A program made the translations under genes and the position numbers. Below the pieces are notes generated by a model. That model ran no database searches. It saw nothing but the letters and a program-made list of their open reading frames with translations, and was not told where the DNA came from. A stretch of 61,925 bases of DNA, the filler included, from Nemertoderma westbladi (taxonomy: Eukaryota; Animalia; Xenacoelomorpha), in assembly GCA_032718475.1 (NCBI GenBank). It is 3 parts of 3 records of this genome, joined end to end, with 100 filler letters (N's around TTAATTAATTAA, not from the genome) between each part and the next. Parts side by side here need not be neighbours in the genome. Positions count along the whole stretch, not along the records: positions 26,471 to 54,448 come from JAUCBJ010003263.1; 2 more parts are not named here. One strand, 5' to 3'. Of the stretch, positions 37,797 through 49,800 are shown one piece after another. Each line of letters opens with the position of its first letter. The stretch's first letter is position 1.

Positions 37797-38006
37797 CTAA
37801 TGTTTGTCATGAAGTTTGTTCGTGCTGTTAGTTGGCCGGTCGTGGTGCAGACAGTTGGTCCCGTGTAGACCGAGTACAGACTCGGAGGTAACTATTGTCT
37901 TCTCGGGCGATGCCAGCGGTGGTACTGGAGCCCTCCTTCGCACCATTCTCCGTCGCATCATACACTCATTAATCCGTTCCTTCAATTGCTTTATCAGGAC
38001 TTCTTT
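37797..38006 (-). CDS. GABBR1: GABA-B receptor 1-like GPCR, terminal exon (end of coiled coil, Arg-rich motif)
   Basis: TTATTTAG| acceptor, phase 0; KEVLIKQLKERINECMMRRRMVRRRAPVPP resembles GABBR1 KEERVSELRHQL...RSRRHPPTPP; TAG stop. Confidence 0.75.
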   Translation of the reverse strand, partial: KEVLIKQLKERINECMMRRRMVRRRAPVPPLASPEKTIVTSESVLGLHGTNCLHHDRPTNSTNKLHDKH

Positions 38007-39219
38007 CTAAATAAATAACGCATTAATTTGTTAATTATTTTTCAAGACAGTTGATAATTAAAGTACGTTTTTCTAATTTTGAGGGGACAAGCCTAAACCC
38101 TGAATGAAAATGGAATTAATTGACAGAAGGGCTTTCATGTGGAGACATTGGTTCACAGTGATTTTTTCACATCATAACAACACTTTCCAAAATTTGAAAT
38201 TTTTGAAAATTAGTTTTTTATCAATATTTTCATTGATAACATATGAAAAATGGAAAAAAAATAACCCTGGGAACGGCAGTAGTTAGTTACAAGCCTTTGA
38301 AAAAAGTGTCCCCGCTGATATTTTGTACCAGTTACACCGCAGTTCTTCTTCAAACCTTATAGTAATTTGTTGCTACTGATGGAAAGCTGGTCATGCAAGG
38401 ATTGCAAAATGCGACACAATCTGAATTTCGTCGTAAAATAGCTGAGATATGAGCCTTCAAATGTTGCATGGTTTTGCAGCTGCGCGAGGCTGTTTTATTA
38501 TATTTAATAAATACACCATTATTCTTAAACATTTTGTTTATCCCATACGTAGCTGGGCAACAATGCAATACCAATTTAATCAAACTATTACATAGGTATT
38601 TATTCATACATAAACAAAATGTTCCAGAATACAGTGTATTTATATTAATAAAATAGACTCACGCAGTGCAAAACCATGTAACTATTGAAAGCTTATACAG
38701 TATCTTACCCATTTTACGACGAAATTCAAAGGTTTTTACATATTTGGAATCCTCGCACGGCCAGCATTCCAACAGTACTAAGGTAAAGGAATGACTGCGT
38801 TGTGATTGGTGCAATTTTGCCTGAGACACTTTTTACAAAAGCCTACAACTAAATAATGAAAACGAGAATAAAAATTCTGCTTTTCTGTTATTTATTACTA
38901 TCTCTGTTCCTAATTCCATACAATCTCATTAGTCTCGCTAGTTTTCTATCAGTACCAACAAGTCACTATAAGGTTGAAGAATGACTGTAATGTTTATTTT
39001 GGTTTACTATGGTGCAATTTCGTCAACACTTGTAGCTAAAGAATCAAAGTGGAAATATAAATTCTAGCTCACCCAGTAAGGAGGAAGGGGAAACTATCTC
39101 TGTTCCAAATTTCATGCAATCTTATTAAGATTAGTATAATTTCCATTTTTTATTTTATTTGGGGAGGGGGGGGGGGGGGTGTGGTGGTGGTAGGGGCTGG
39201 TCATGTACCCGAATAAAGA

Positions 39220-39990
39220 CACTAAATCTGTTTGCTGACGATACATCTCTTTCATCTAGAATCAGTCATCCTGTTGTGCGCGCTCACTTTCTTAACCACG
39301 AACTTCATGAACTACACACTTGGGCTACTAAATGGCTCGTAACTTTTAACCCAGAGAAAACCATTGTAATGACTATGTGTGGTTACATCACCTACCAGAC
39401 AGTGCCACTACATCTAAATGGTGAGGTCCAGAATCTCAATTACAGTAGGGCAAAACCCATCACATAGTTACCCTCTCAGAAACAGCGCCAATATTTCCCA
39501 AATATCGTACCGTAAAGAACTTTATGGCATATCGTTCTTTCCAAACACTGTAAAAAATGGAACGATCTCCCTTTTTAAACACGTACACTCCCTCTCCCTC
39601 TCCTTAAATACCGGCTTATTTCAAATAATGTTATCAAATCATTTTACTGTGTTGGAACCCACAAATTTCAAATCATTGTCTGCCAGTTGCGACTGCGGTG
39701 TAGTGAACTATCTGCAGACATGGTATCCAGGCACCTTCAGGTCTCACCCGAGTGCACCTCATGAGGTGCTCCACAGAAAACGCCTTTCACTTTTTTATAA
39801 CTTGTCCGAGTTACTCTGGGGCCCGCCGTACACTGAAGGTTGGGTTGGAAGCTCTAGGGGCTTCACTGTCATTAAACTCCGTTTTAGAGGGACAAGGTAT
39901 ATCTGCGACCGATTACAACAAATATTTATCCCTTCTAAACAACTTTATTGTCTCCACTCAGCGTTTTCGGCTACTTTCACAATAAAACAA
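39220..39990 (+). pseudogene. Degenerate CR1/L2-like LINE RT 3' fragment
   Basis: LFADDTSL, LHTWATKWLVTFNPEKT, SFFPNT and C-terminal ENAFHFFITCPSY, spread over several frames. Confidence 0.8.
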
Positions 39991-40514
39991 AACCATTAGC
40001 CCAAAATATTTACTTATTTGCTTGCATATAATATACCTTTTCCCTTCAACTGTCTTTGTTATCTAATTAAATAGATTCATTTGGTAATGTAAATTAAATT
40101 TCACTGTATGTTGCTACATTATATTACTTTTTTTATGTTTATTGATGTGCCTTCTATTTTGTGGCAGAGAAAGCGCGCCCGTCGGTCTAGTATATTTTTA
40201 TTTTTATTTTATAAAGTTTATTGTTTACCATATATTTACAACTGTCACTCCTAGCAACTGTAATCTGATCTAATAACTAAGCTGGATAAATTATAGGGCC
40301 TTATCTGTCCGAATTGTTATTGTTATTGACTATTGTAAATTGTCAAAATGTGACCCTGTTAAGCTTAATTTAATATACAGTCCTACCGCTAGAGAAAAAA
40401 GACACTAAATTCCGACCAGGAACCGGAAATGGTGTATTCAAACAACTTTATAACACAACATTTAGCCTGTAATTATAGCATAGATTATTTCCACTTAGAA
40501 ACACAAAATCTAAC

Positions 40515-40652
40515 CTGTAAGTATTGTTCCTTTAGCATTTCTTTCTGGGCTACTAGTTTCTGAATAGCCTCATCCTCTTGCCCAGTTCCATGTTCAGTTT
40601 GGTGACTAATCTCCTCACCCATAGCATCGCCGTTCCTATCAACCTCCAATAA
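40515..40652 (-). CDS. GABBR1: GABA-B receptor 1-like GPCR, penultimate exon
   Basis: TTTGTTTCAG| acceptor and CAG|GTTAGA donor; 138 nt, phase 0/0; EAIQKLVAQKEMLKEQYLQ starts the coiled coil. Confidence 0.75.
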
Positions 40653-40685
40653 CTGAAACAAAAAAAACAGTAAAGAATAATAAAA

Positions 40686-41117
40686 ACTCTGTAACAAAGC
40701 TGTCTAATAACAACTCTGTAATACAGCTGTCTAATAACAACTCCCGTAACACAGCTGTCAAATAACAACTCTGTAACACAGCTGTCTAATAACAACTCTG
40801 TAACACAGCTGTCTAATAACATCTCTGTAACACAGCTGTCTAATAACAACTCTGTAACACAGCTGTCTAATAACAACTCTGTAACACAGCTGTCTAATAA
40901 CAACTCTGCAACACAGCTGTCTAATAACAACTAGCTGTAACACAGCTGTCTAATAACTCTGTTACACAGCTGTCTAATAACAACTCTGTAACACAGCTGT
41001 CTAATAACAACTCTGTAACACAGCTGTCTAATAACAACTCTATAACACAGCTGTCTAATAACAACTCTGTAACACAGCTGTCTAATAACAACTCTGTAAC
41101 ACAGCTGTCTAATAACA
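40686..41117. repeat. 27-bp intronic minisatellite (~16 copies)
   Basis: ACTCTGTAACACAGCTGTCTAATAACA in tandem. Confidence 0.95.
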
Positions 41118-41586
41118 TTAATTATTATTTCATATTCAATTGGACATGATTTACGTGCTTTATGGTTATTATAGTCTTCGGATAAAGAGGCGCCTTGGGC
41201 TTGTGTATTGTGTAGTGTCTAATTACTCAGTACAATTAGCAAAAATTAACAGACAATAGATTTAAGGGAAACAATAACGCGGACTATTACTGAATACAAT
41301 TTAACCGACAGGCCAAAGCATTCAACCTTTACAAACGATCAATTGTTCAATACTGCTTGTTATTTATTATATGCCAAATTAGTTTACGCCAAAATATAGT
41401 GTATAAGAATTAGCTGACAATAAGGCTATTTATCACAATATGTAGCTGAGCGGCCAACAAAACAATGACATAAAAGTAAACCCATGGCAACAACAAATGA
41501 TGCCAATAAGTCATTACGGCCACTTAGTATTTGTATGAATATAAACTACTGTACTAAAAAATAATAATTATAATCCTTGTACCTGT

Positions 41587-41782
41587 GTATGGCATACTTT
41601 TAGTATTTTAATTCAATAATATTAATTTTATTGCAATAATATTAATTTTATTGCAATAATATTAATTTTATTGCAATAATATTAATTTTATTGCAATAAT
41701 ACTAATTTTATCGCAATAATATTACCTACTTTTCAGATCAAAAAATATTATTGAATTAACATACTAAAAGTATATGCCATAC
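41587..41782. repeat. Small foldback: ~35-bp inverted arms enclosing a 20-bp tandem repeat
   Basis: GTATGGCATACTTTTAGTAT...ATACTAAAAGTATATGCCATAC around (CAATAATATTAATTTTATTG) x~5. Confidence 0.7.
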
Positions 41783-41895
41783 CTATGTAATCTAAATGAA
41801 AGAAATATAGGGCCTACTTACTATAATATACATTATTTATTGCGGAAGGTATTAATTACTGTTGTCAAATTGTCATTGTTATAATATCAACTGAA

Positions 41896-42990
41896 ATGGA
41901 TTTAACTGTTACAGAAGAACGTGAGTACAACGCTACAGTAAGTGAAAGGTCTAAAGAAAGTCACGAAATAGAAGACGAGGTCACGATAGCTGACAGTCGC
42001 GGTCAATGGGAACAACCTCAGAAAGGTTATGTGTTTCCGCAGTACAGTTCCCCCAATCACGGACATTACACTAGAAAGTGTTGTTGGCATGTGAACCGCC
42101 TTCATCAGTCACAAGTTAGGGACGAGTTGAGGAAGGCTTCTCTGAAAGAGATACTAATATCATTGGATCCGTATTTCTGTAAATGTAAAAACTGCCAAAG
42201 CTATTATTCCAAAGGCCTTCCGAAAGAATTATCGACAAGTATGGTTTATAACAGACCAAAAATCAGCGCCACGAGCTGGCAAAAAGAACATGTACTGCCG
42301 AAACGATGGCGAAATTCTATGGAAGTCAAATTAGGTGACAGAGTTTTAGTGAAATGTCGGGACGCTGGGATCGTTAAATTTATTGGTCCGTTGCGGGAAA
42401 ACCTGATCGCCCCGCAGTTGTACGTCGGCGTAAAGCTTGACAACCCGGTGGGTAAGGGGACTGGACTTTATAAGAATAAACGATTCTTCTATTGTCCACA
42501 AGGTCACGCTGCCATGGTGAAGTACAGTGACGTCACAAAGATACAACCCTACGATAAGAGACCGGGAACGCAGTACTTAAGTTACGCCAACGTAAAGAGT
42601 AAAATAGATATGGGGAGTCCATCTGATTGGTTGAGAAGGCGGCATACTGCAGGAGGTACTCGCAAGGGGAAGATAAGCGATGAGTCAGTGGATGAGAAGA
42701 GGTTACAGAGACTTCGGGAAGAATTTGGGGGAGATGCCGCCACTCTGATAAAGACAATGCAGAAGTTAAGTGTGGCGTACGCTAAGGGATACACAGAGGC
42801 AGTGGTCAATCCCGCTGTACAAATAATTCATGACGAAATAGGTGGTGTAAAACAAGATCGCGGGAAATTCGTTCAATTTAGTGAAAAACGTCCTGTTATG
42901 AAACGTCGATCGAGCGAACCTAAACTAACTAGGTTGGAGGTTGAAGGACCAATCAGGGAGCGCAGTCCTAGTCTTATTGATTTAAGTTAA
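41896..42990 (+). CDS. Intronless CAP-Gly domain protein, nested antisense in a GABA-B receptor intron
   Basis: 364-aa ORF; KLGDRVLV...GIVKFIG...YVGVKLDNPVGKGTG...RFFYCPQGHAAMV fits the CAP-Gly consensus. Confidence 0.85.
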   Translation: MDLTVTEEREYNATVSERSKESHEIEDEVTIADSRGQWEQPQKGYVFPQYSSPNHGHYTRKCCWHVNRLHQSQVRDELRKASLKEILISLDPYFCKCKNCQSYYSKGLPKELSTSMVYNRPKISATSWQKEHVLPKRWRNSMEVKLGDRVLVKCRDAGIVKFIGPLRENLIAPQLYVGVKLDNPVGKGTGLYKNKRFFYCPQGHAAMVKYSDVTKIQPYDKRPGTQYLSYANVKSKIDMGSPSDWLRRRHTAGGTRKGKISDESVDEKRLQRLREEFGGDAATLIKTMQKLSVAYAKGYTEAVVNPAVQIIHDEIGGVKQDRGKFVQFSEKRPVMKRRSSEPKLTRLEVEGPIRERSPSLIDLS

Positions 42991-43022
42991 TGTTATTTTA
43001 TTAATATGTGAACGGGACTCAC

Positions 43023-43163
43023 CCTCAGGTTAATCTTGGGGACGAAGACCAGTAGCATTGTGAGCATGGAGGAGGTGATAATTGATAGACATTTGAATGC
43101 GTACGCCGTGTTGTGTTGGGTCATAATTAATAGACAAACTGGCGCCGTGATAAATAGAATCAC
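43023..43163 (-). CDS. GABBR1: GABA-B receptor 1-like GPCR, TM6-TM7 exon (too short for the ORF track)
   Basis: TAG| acceptor, AGG|GTGAGT donor, 141 nt; VILFITAPVCLLIMTQHNTAYAFKCLSIITSSMLTMLLVFVPKINLR aligns by eye to GABBR1 [44 protein letters not shown]. Confidence 0.88.
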
Positions 43164-43684
43164 CTAATATTACAGTAAAAAGGGAAATAATATTAGTTTT
43201 TGCAAAAAATAAAATTAATTGGCTAAAATCAGATTGTTATAAACATAAACTATTAAAATAACAATATGTTTTCACTTTCTTGGTATAATGGTTGAATACT
43301 TTTTATAAATTATATATAAACATAATGAAAATCATATGAAATAATAAATATAATTTGCGTTAAAGATAAATTCTTAGTTTTATAGAATATAGACCTACTT
43401 TATTCTTGAAATTCCCTTCCTTAGGATTTAAGATTGCTCTTTAAATAAGAGTCGCATTGAAATAGATGTGGTTACCTTATTTTCTGAGAGACCAAGAGGG
43501 ACCGCAACAAATTTATTTCCCACTAAAAATAATAATTTGTCCACTAAATTTTTCCTTCACTAAAAACGATTATGTTATCCCTAAAAATAATCATTCATCA
43601 CTATTTCTAAGTGGAATTCCACTAAAAATAATATGTTTCAACTATTTTGAATTTTGTACCCCCCAAATATATATAACATAATAA

Positions 43685-44001
43685 AGTCTTGTGTAGAACG
43701 AAAAATATTAGACAGACCAATAATATCAAAGCAATAAAAATAAAAATGTACACGATATTTCGAGACAGCGTGACTCTTATTCATGTATTATTCTTATTCA
43801 AATTAATTTTCTAGAACAAATAAATAATTTTTAATAATAAATAATTAATTATAAATAATTATTTATTTGTTCTGGAAAATTAATTTGAATAAGAATAATA
43901 CATGAATAAGAGTCACGCTGACTCGAAATATCGTATACATTTTTATTTTTATTGCTTGATATTGGTCTGTCTATAATTTTCGTTCTAGTGTACACAAGAC
44001 T
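43685..44001. repeat. Long inverted repeat (~145-bp arms), possibly Penelope-derived
   Basis: 43685-43830 is a near-perfect reverse complement of 43856-44001, with a short AT-rich spacer. Confidence 0.9.
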
Positions 44002-44022
44002 ATATTTAAGAGATCGGATCAC

Positions 44023-44290
44023 ATATACGATAATATTTAGTGATATACGATTATATTTAGTGATATACGATTATATTTAGTGATATACGATTATATTTAG
44101 TGATATACGAGTATATTTAGTGATATACGATTATATTTAGTGATATACGATTATATTTAGTGATATACGATTATATTTAGTGATAAGTCATTATTTTTAG
44201 TGGAATTACAATAATTTTTAGTGGAATTACAATAATTTTTAGTGGAATTACAATAATTTTTAGTGGAATTACAATAATTTTTAGTGATAA
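44023..44290. repeat. Adjacent 20-bp (~8 copies) and 21-bp (~4 copies) tandem repeats
   Basis: GATATACGATTATATTTAGT, then TTTTTAGTGGAATTACAATAA. Confidence 0.92.
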
Positions 44291-44833
44291 ATTAATTATT
44301 TAGTGACGATTGAATATTTTTTGTGATTTTGGCAATAGATTCACTGAAAATCTCATTATTTTTGAGTGAAAATTGCATTATTTTTACTGAGGAATAAGGT
44401 AAAAATCCCTTTCTAACAATTTATTTTATGGGAAACAAAAAGGCTATTTATGCTGACACGAGATGTATGTATTTCACGATCTTAAATAATCGACAAGGGG
44501 ATGTAAGGTTAGAATGTATAAAAAGCCTAAAATGTTAATTCCTGCAACAAACATAGTTAATTATTACTTGGTAAAAAGTAGATCTTGTTCACTATTCTCG
44601 AGGTATTATATTTACAGCGAGGTTAATAAAGGGTCGAGAGAATATTGAATCAAAAAGTTATAGTTATGTATTTCCCCGTGTATTAATTAGGCCTACTGTA
44701 CTTATTTTTTCTTAAATAATTATTTTGTTGTTGCTTAATTCTTTAATAAAAGATAGAACGAAAATGCTTTACAAATAATACGAATGTTTTTATGACTCAA
44801 TAAGGTTATATTGAGTCATAAAAACATTCATAT

Positions 44834-44906
44834 CGAGCGTGCCAGGAGTCGAACCTGGGATCTTCTGCTCCGTAGGCAGACGCGTTATCCACTGCGCCAC
44901 ACACCC
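44834..44906 (-). tRNA. tRNA-Arg(ACG)
   Basis: GGGTGTGTGGCGCAGTGGATAACGCGTCTGCCTACGGAGCAGAAGATCCCAGGTTCGACTCCTGGCACGCTCG: 73 nt, all four stems pair, ACG anticodon, T5 terminator about 10 nt downstream. Confidence 0.95.
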
Positions 44907-45039
44907 GTTGAGAATAAAGCTCTATACATTTTAGGCCCTTAGTGTTGACCAATGACTGGAAAATTGACTGGAAAATAACATCGGTTAAAACGTATTTTTG
45001 GGTAAAATCACAAGTAGAGAGGTAAACCACCAATACACT

Positions 45040-45520
45040 TTATGGATCTTGACTTTGCTAATGATCTGGCATTACAATAATGTCAGAATCATTAAAAAGG
45101 TAAAAATTGATGGTGCTCAAAGATAACCCAGCACTCTAGAACAAGCATCTTCCAAGGGTACCTGCCACGCCCACCTTGGTACCTAGGTTAGGTTCTTGGA
45201 TTCTGATGAGGTCTGCATTAAATAAACCATCAAGGATGCGGAAATCACCTGGAATCAAAACTTTTTCTGAACTCTACGGTACATGAACCAAGATGCAGCG
45301 AAAGGTTCATGGCATAAAATTAAATAATCACTCACAAAGTAGGCATTGTATAATCTCTGTAGTGACCGAAAATTGCCAAACCCCAGGACCACCTTGCATG
45401 TACGAGAATTAAGTCTTGCTGGACACTGCCATAGTCTGATCAGTCTGTACCATACATCAGTCATGTATCAGAATCGTATTCTATGACAGCCGGAGGATAC
45501 GGGTGGTCGGCCAATGACAT
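45040..45520 (+). pseudogene. Highly degenerate RTE-like LINE remnant
   Basis: GATCTTGACTTTGCTAATGAT and CAGAATCATTA resemble 6392-6435; TACCTAGGT and GCAGGACACTGC-like blocks follow in the expected order. Confidence 0.55.
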
Positions 45521-45555
45521 TCCGAACACGTCGCTACAGTATATTGTCACTGGTT

Positions 45556-45836
45556 CAGATAGGGGGGGGGGGGGGGGGGGGGGGGGGGGGAACTGGACGC
45601 AATAATAATTCATCCCTCTCCAGGGGAAATTGGACGCAAATAACAGTTGATTACTCTCAAAAATAAAACTGTAACCTGTTCTATTGTGTTTAGTTTATTG
45701 TTTTGGTTAAAATAACGTGCCACTGTAGGCCTAACCTGCTCCTTTCCCTAAATTGCGAATTTAACATTGAAGCGGGATATTAATTCGCTAGCTAAGATGG
45801 AATTTGCGTCCAGTTCCCCCCACACCCCCCTGTCTC
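45556..45836. mobile_element. hAT-type poly-G MITE, copy 2
   Basis: Same internal sequence as 13736-14012; perfect 8-bp TSD CACTGGTT (45548-45555, 45837-45844). Confidence 0.88.
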
Positions 45837-46897
45837 CACTGGTTTTGATATAATTAATCCCTACCGGTATGCCAATGCAGTATCTCGAGAACTGCTGGAG
45901 CTACGGGCGGGGATGAAACCAAAGCTACTTTGAAGGCAGCAGTAATGAGTTAACTGTTCAGAGAAAAATTTGCCTTGGATTGCGGCCATGTCCCAGGTTG
46001 CTGTGGGTTGATGTTCTAAAATTTTGCATTTCGTGCCCTTTTGACATATCGACGCCGTGCCTTATGATAAAACGTATAGTAGTTAATAGAAATATATTTG
46101 GTTTGGGAGTCTAAGTGATAGGGACGTGATATAAAAAATATAAAAAGTGGTTCTACATGAAATTCAATTGGTGGGCGGGTGAGCTGACAAATTGGTGATT
46201 TTAAATGAGTAATCATATCTGTAGGTGGCTGGGCTGATATACATATTTAATGGGGTGTGTGGTAGGCGTATAACTAGGGAGTGGGTTAAGGGGTTGGTTG
46301 GGATGGGAAGGGAGGCGAGGGCAACGGTGTTTATGGTGTGATACATCGGTAAGTCAGACCTCTGGTCGTGATCATTCAAATGCATTGGAGTTACAATGGC
46401 TGATCGCTAACTGTGATGGGTTACGGTGCCGGCCAGCGAAGTATTCTACTTACACAGTCGTATCACGTACAGTATACTGTAGGCCGAACAGAAAAAATAG
46501 CTGATAATCAGTATGTTTCGCTATAAAATGGGGGCTATCAGAAGAGACGAATATATATATATATATATATGAATAAATATTGGAATCTTTAATTGTTACT
46601 TTTTCGTTCGAATATACCTCAAAATCTGGAAAAAGTTGTACTATCTCCCTAGGGAAAAAAGTTGTACTTTTTCCCTAGGGAAAAAAGTATGCCTAACCGT
46701 TACGATTGCATTGATTTTACTTTTTCCGGCCGAAAAAATGTCAAATGAAAAATTTGTGGTGTAATTTCTTATATTTTATTGCACCTAAGTAGGAAAGTTT
46801 TGCAAGTAATTTGAGCTTTGTAGCGATCTATCACTAAAAAGTACAGTTTCATTGTGATGTTTCTGCATCCTAAAATTGAGTAAAAATTAAAATGAGT

Positions 46898-49800
46898 TGT
46901 AAAAGCTTTTGTGGGATAACTGATACGTTTGCCTATGCTGGCCAGTTCCCCCCCAGGCGCTGGAATACTCTAAAAAAGGTTTTCTAACTGTATATATATT
47001 CCCCTCGCCCGCAAGGTACCTTTACAGGTGTTTTAACGGACATAAAAATCATTCTGCTATATACGTGTTTTAGTGGACATGGTAAGACAAAAAACTTGTA
47101 ATGCACCAACCACCTTTCACAGCTTAGCCGTGATGATTCATATTACGACATCAAGCAGCTGGTTGCTGACATGGAAACAGCCATTGGACGCGTGGTTCTT
47201 TGTTTGGCTTGGGCCAATCAGGGCGGTTTTTCCTGTCGACGTGTAGCTTTTTAGTCGATCATAAGGAGAGTGTTCAGTCTTACTGTTTTTTCTTGATACT
47301 TTGTTGTTATTGCTGTCTAAGCCAGAAACACCGGCATTTTGGATAGATACTGCTGTACCGTAAACTGCTTGAATTATCGAAAGTATAAACTGTTACCGCA
47401 AATTGATCAATCTTAATTAACATACTCACTTAATTTAATTGCATTAATCATATTGTTTGTACTGTTATTTTACCGTCAGTTATTAATTGTAAATATTTGT
47501 TGATGGAAATATTGCTATTTGGATAATACGGATAAATCACCCAATTCCCAATTTTCTTGATAACACTACAGGTTAGAGAGACCGGCTATACATAACAATT
47601 GCGATTTATATGAATGTGGTGTGTATTGAATCCAATGTTATTTAGCAGACCCTACGTGAGTCAATTACTGCTCTCTTTATGTGTGATCAAATATACTGAC
47701 TGTCGGCAGAATAGTGTGTATGATTGTGATTGGTAACAAAGTATTTCCTAAAGAATACGCTTTATACTTTAATCATAAGCAGTATCGTTGCGTTTAGTAT
47801 AAGTCTTAGTTCTGTTTAAATAGATAAAGCGCCACGTCCTAAAGGAACTGTTAATATTTCCCGAAAGCCAATAATATCTGTCAGAGATTAATTATTAACG
47901 ATCTATCGAATAATACATTAGGTATACACTGCAACCTTACACTGTAATAATACAATTCAAGCATCCGAATTCAGTCTCCCGGGTGTAGATCCATCGGGTG
48001 AATGATCGCGCATGGGCTGACTTCGGCTAATGTTTTGCGTATTAGCATAAATTATTGTCGTATGCTAAAGTGGTTTTAATTAACTAAAAGACATATAAAT
48101 TTTGGCAGGTTAAACTGCTAAAGGTCTTCAAAAGCGCGAACAGTAACAGTTTATTTGTATTGCAGTGTAAGCATTAAATACAGTTTAATACTGTTCTGTC
48201 GAACAGTAACAGTTTATAATCTTATTGCAGTAAGCAATAAGGTTGCAAGTGTAGGCATTAAATACAGTAAAATACTGTTCTGTCGAACAGTAACCGTTTA
48301 CAATCTTATTGCAGTAGGCAATAAGGTTGCAAAATACCGTAGTGACCGGTAAAACTGAACCGGTACTTTGTAGGTCAGTAGGCCTAACTGTCATCACCGG
48401 TACCGGTACTGCTGTACAAGTACATTTAGTATTATTCGATTTTGATTATTGTATACCGGTAGGCTGTTTAAGAGATTAGGGACTGTACACCCCTTGTTTC
48501 TTTTGGAGCTTACTTATTTCTGTCAGTTTTATTTCCTAGTAAGTTAATATTGAGCAGAAGGCGTGTGACCCTGCTCAAATTGTTCAGATAATTGTAGGCT
48601 GAGCTGCTGTCTGACTGTGGTTGTGTTTGGAGAGATTACGGCGTGTGTAGAGTTTGTCTGATAAAGTGCCGTTAGTAAGTTGGGGGCAGTCATAACTGTA
48701 AGGTCAATCCCCTCTTAAAGAGTAAGTCGTACTACCGTGTTAGCACGCATACTAACTAACAGTTTCAGAGTCTGCATATACTGTAGTTTATTTAGGCTTG
48801 ATCGTAGTCTGCCAGTGTTTTAGCCTGTGTTTGTTTGTGTGGTCTGTTCAGGTACCGTAATAGTTATTACTCAGATATTTTGTAGGCTGGATTGTTGTCT
48901 AGCTATTTTTGGGTCTGAAGGGATTGCTGCGTGTGTAGAGTTGGTCTGATCAAGTGCCGTTAGTAAGTTGGGGCAGTCATAACTGTAAGGTCAATCCCCT
49001 CTTAAAGAGTAAGTCGTACTACCGTGTTAGCACGCATACTAACTAACAGTTTCAGAATCTGCACATACAGTAGTTTGTTTAGGCTTAATAGTAGTCTGCC
49101 AGCGTTTGGTTTGTATTTGTTTGAGTATTCTGTACGGGTAGCGTAATATTTATTATTCAGAGTTTATGCGATTATTCGCAACATTCATGTCCCCAAGTTT
49201 ATTCCTACAGTAATTGTGCTTGTTATACATACTGTTATAGTTAAACTAACCCCGGTACTACATCAGGGCTGCTTGGCGTAGGTAAAGACTGACGACTTTG
49301 TGCTTCGGTCACTCCAGCAGATGCCGTGGTTCTTTTAACTGTTCAAGTATATTTAACTACTGATTATTTGTTATACCGGTACTTGTACCTAATTTAGGGT
49401 TTAGTGTACAGTGCCTTCCGAAGTAATTAGTGTAGGCAGTATATTTGTGTTGTAAAGTGGTTGATAGGCACATTCGTTAGCTCTATTAGCTTCTGGGTAG
49501 GAACAATCCGTGATACATAACGTAGTACCTATAGCGATACGGTTATAGGTCGTCAGGCGGTGGTATTTTCCTATCTGGACAACGCAGTATATTTACTACT
49601 ACTTATTATTTAAATACCGTAGTACCCTGTCCTTTGTAATAGCCAGAAATCTAACCCTTTGTTAGACTGGTTTGTAGACTTCCTGTAAAATTACCCTAAA
49701 AATTTCGTCCGTAATATTTTGTTGTGTTTAATTAGAGAATTAATCTCACCCGTATCGTAAGTAATTTGTAGTATTAAGTAACTTAGGTAAATTAGAATTA

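Noticed and set aside
38100-39180. MITE-like region with imperfect inverted repeats (about 38370-38440 and 38710-38780)
   Set aside because: Probably transposon-derived, but ends and TSD could not be defined.
40553-41118. ORFs (ELLLDSCVT)n
   Set aside because: Translation of the intronic 27-bp minisatellite.
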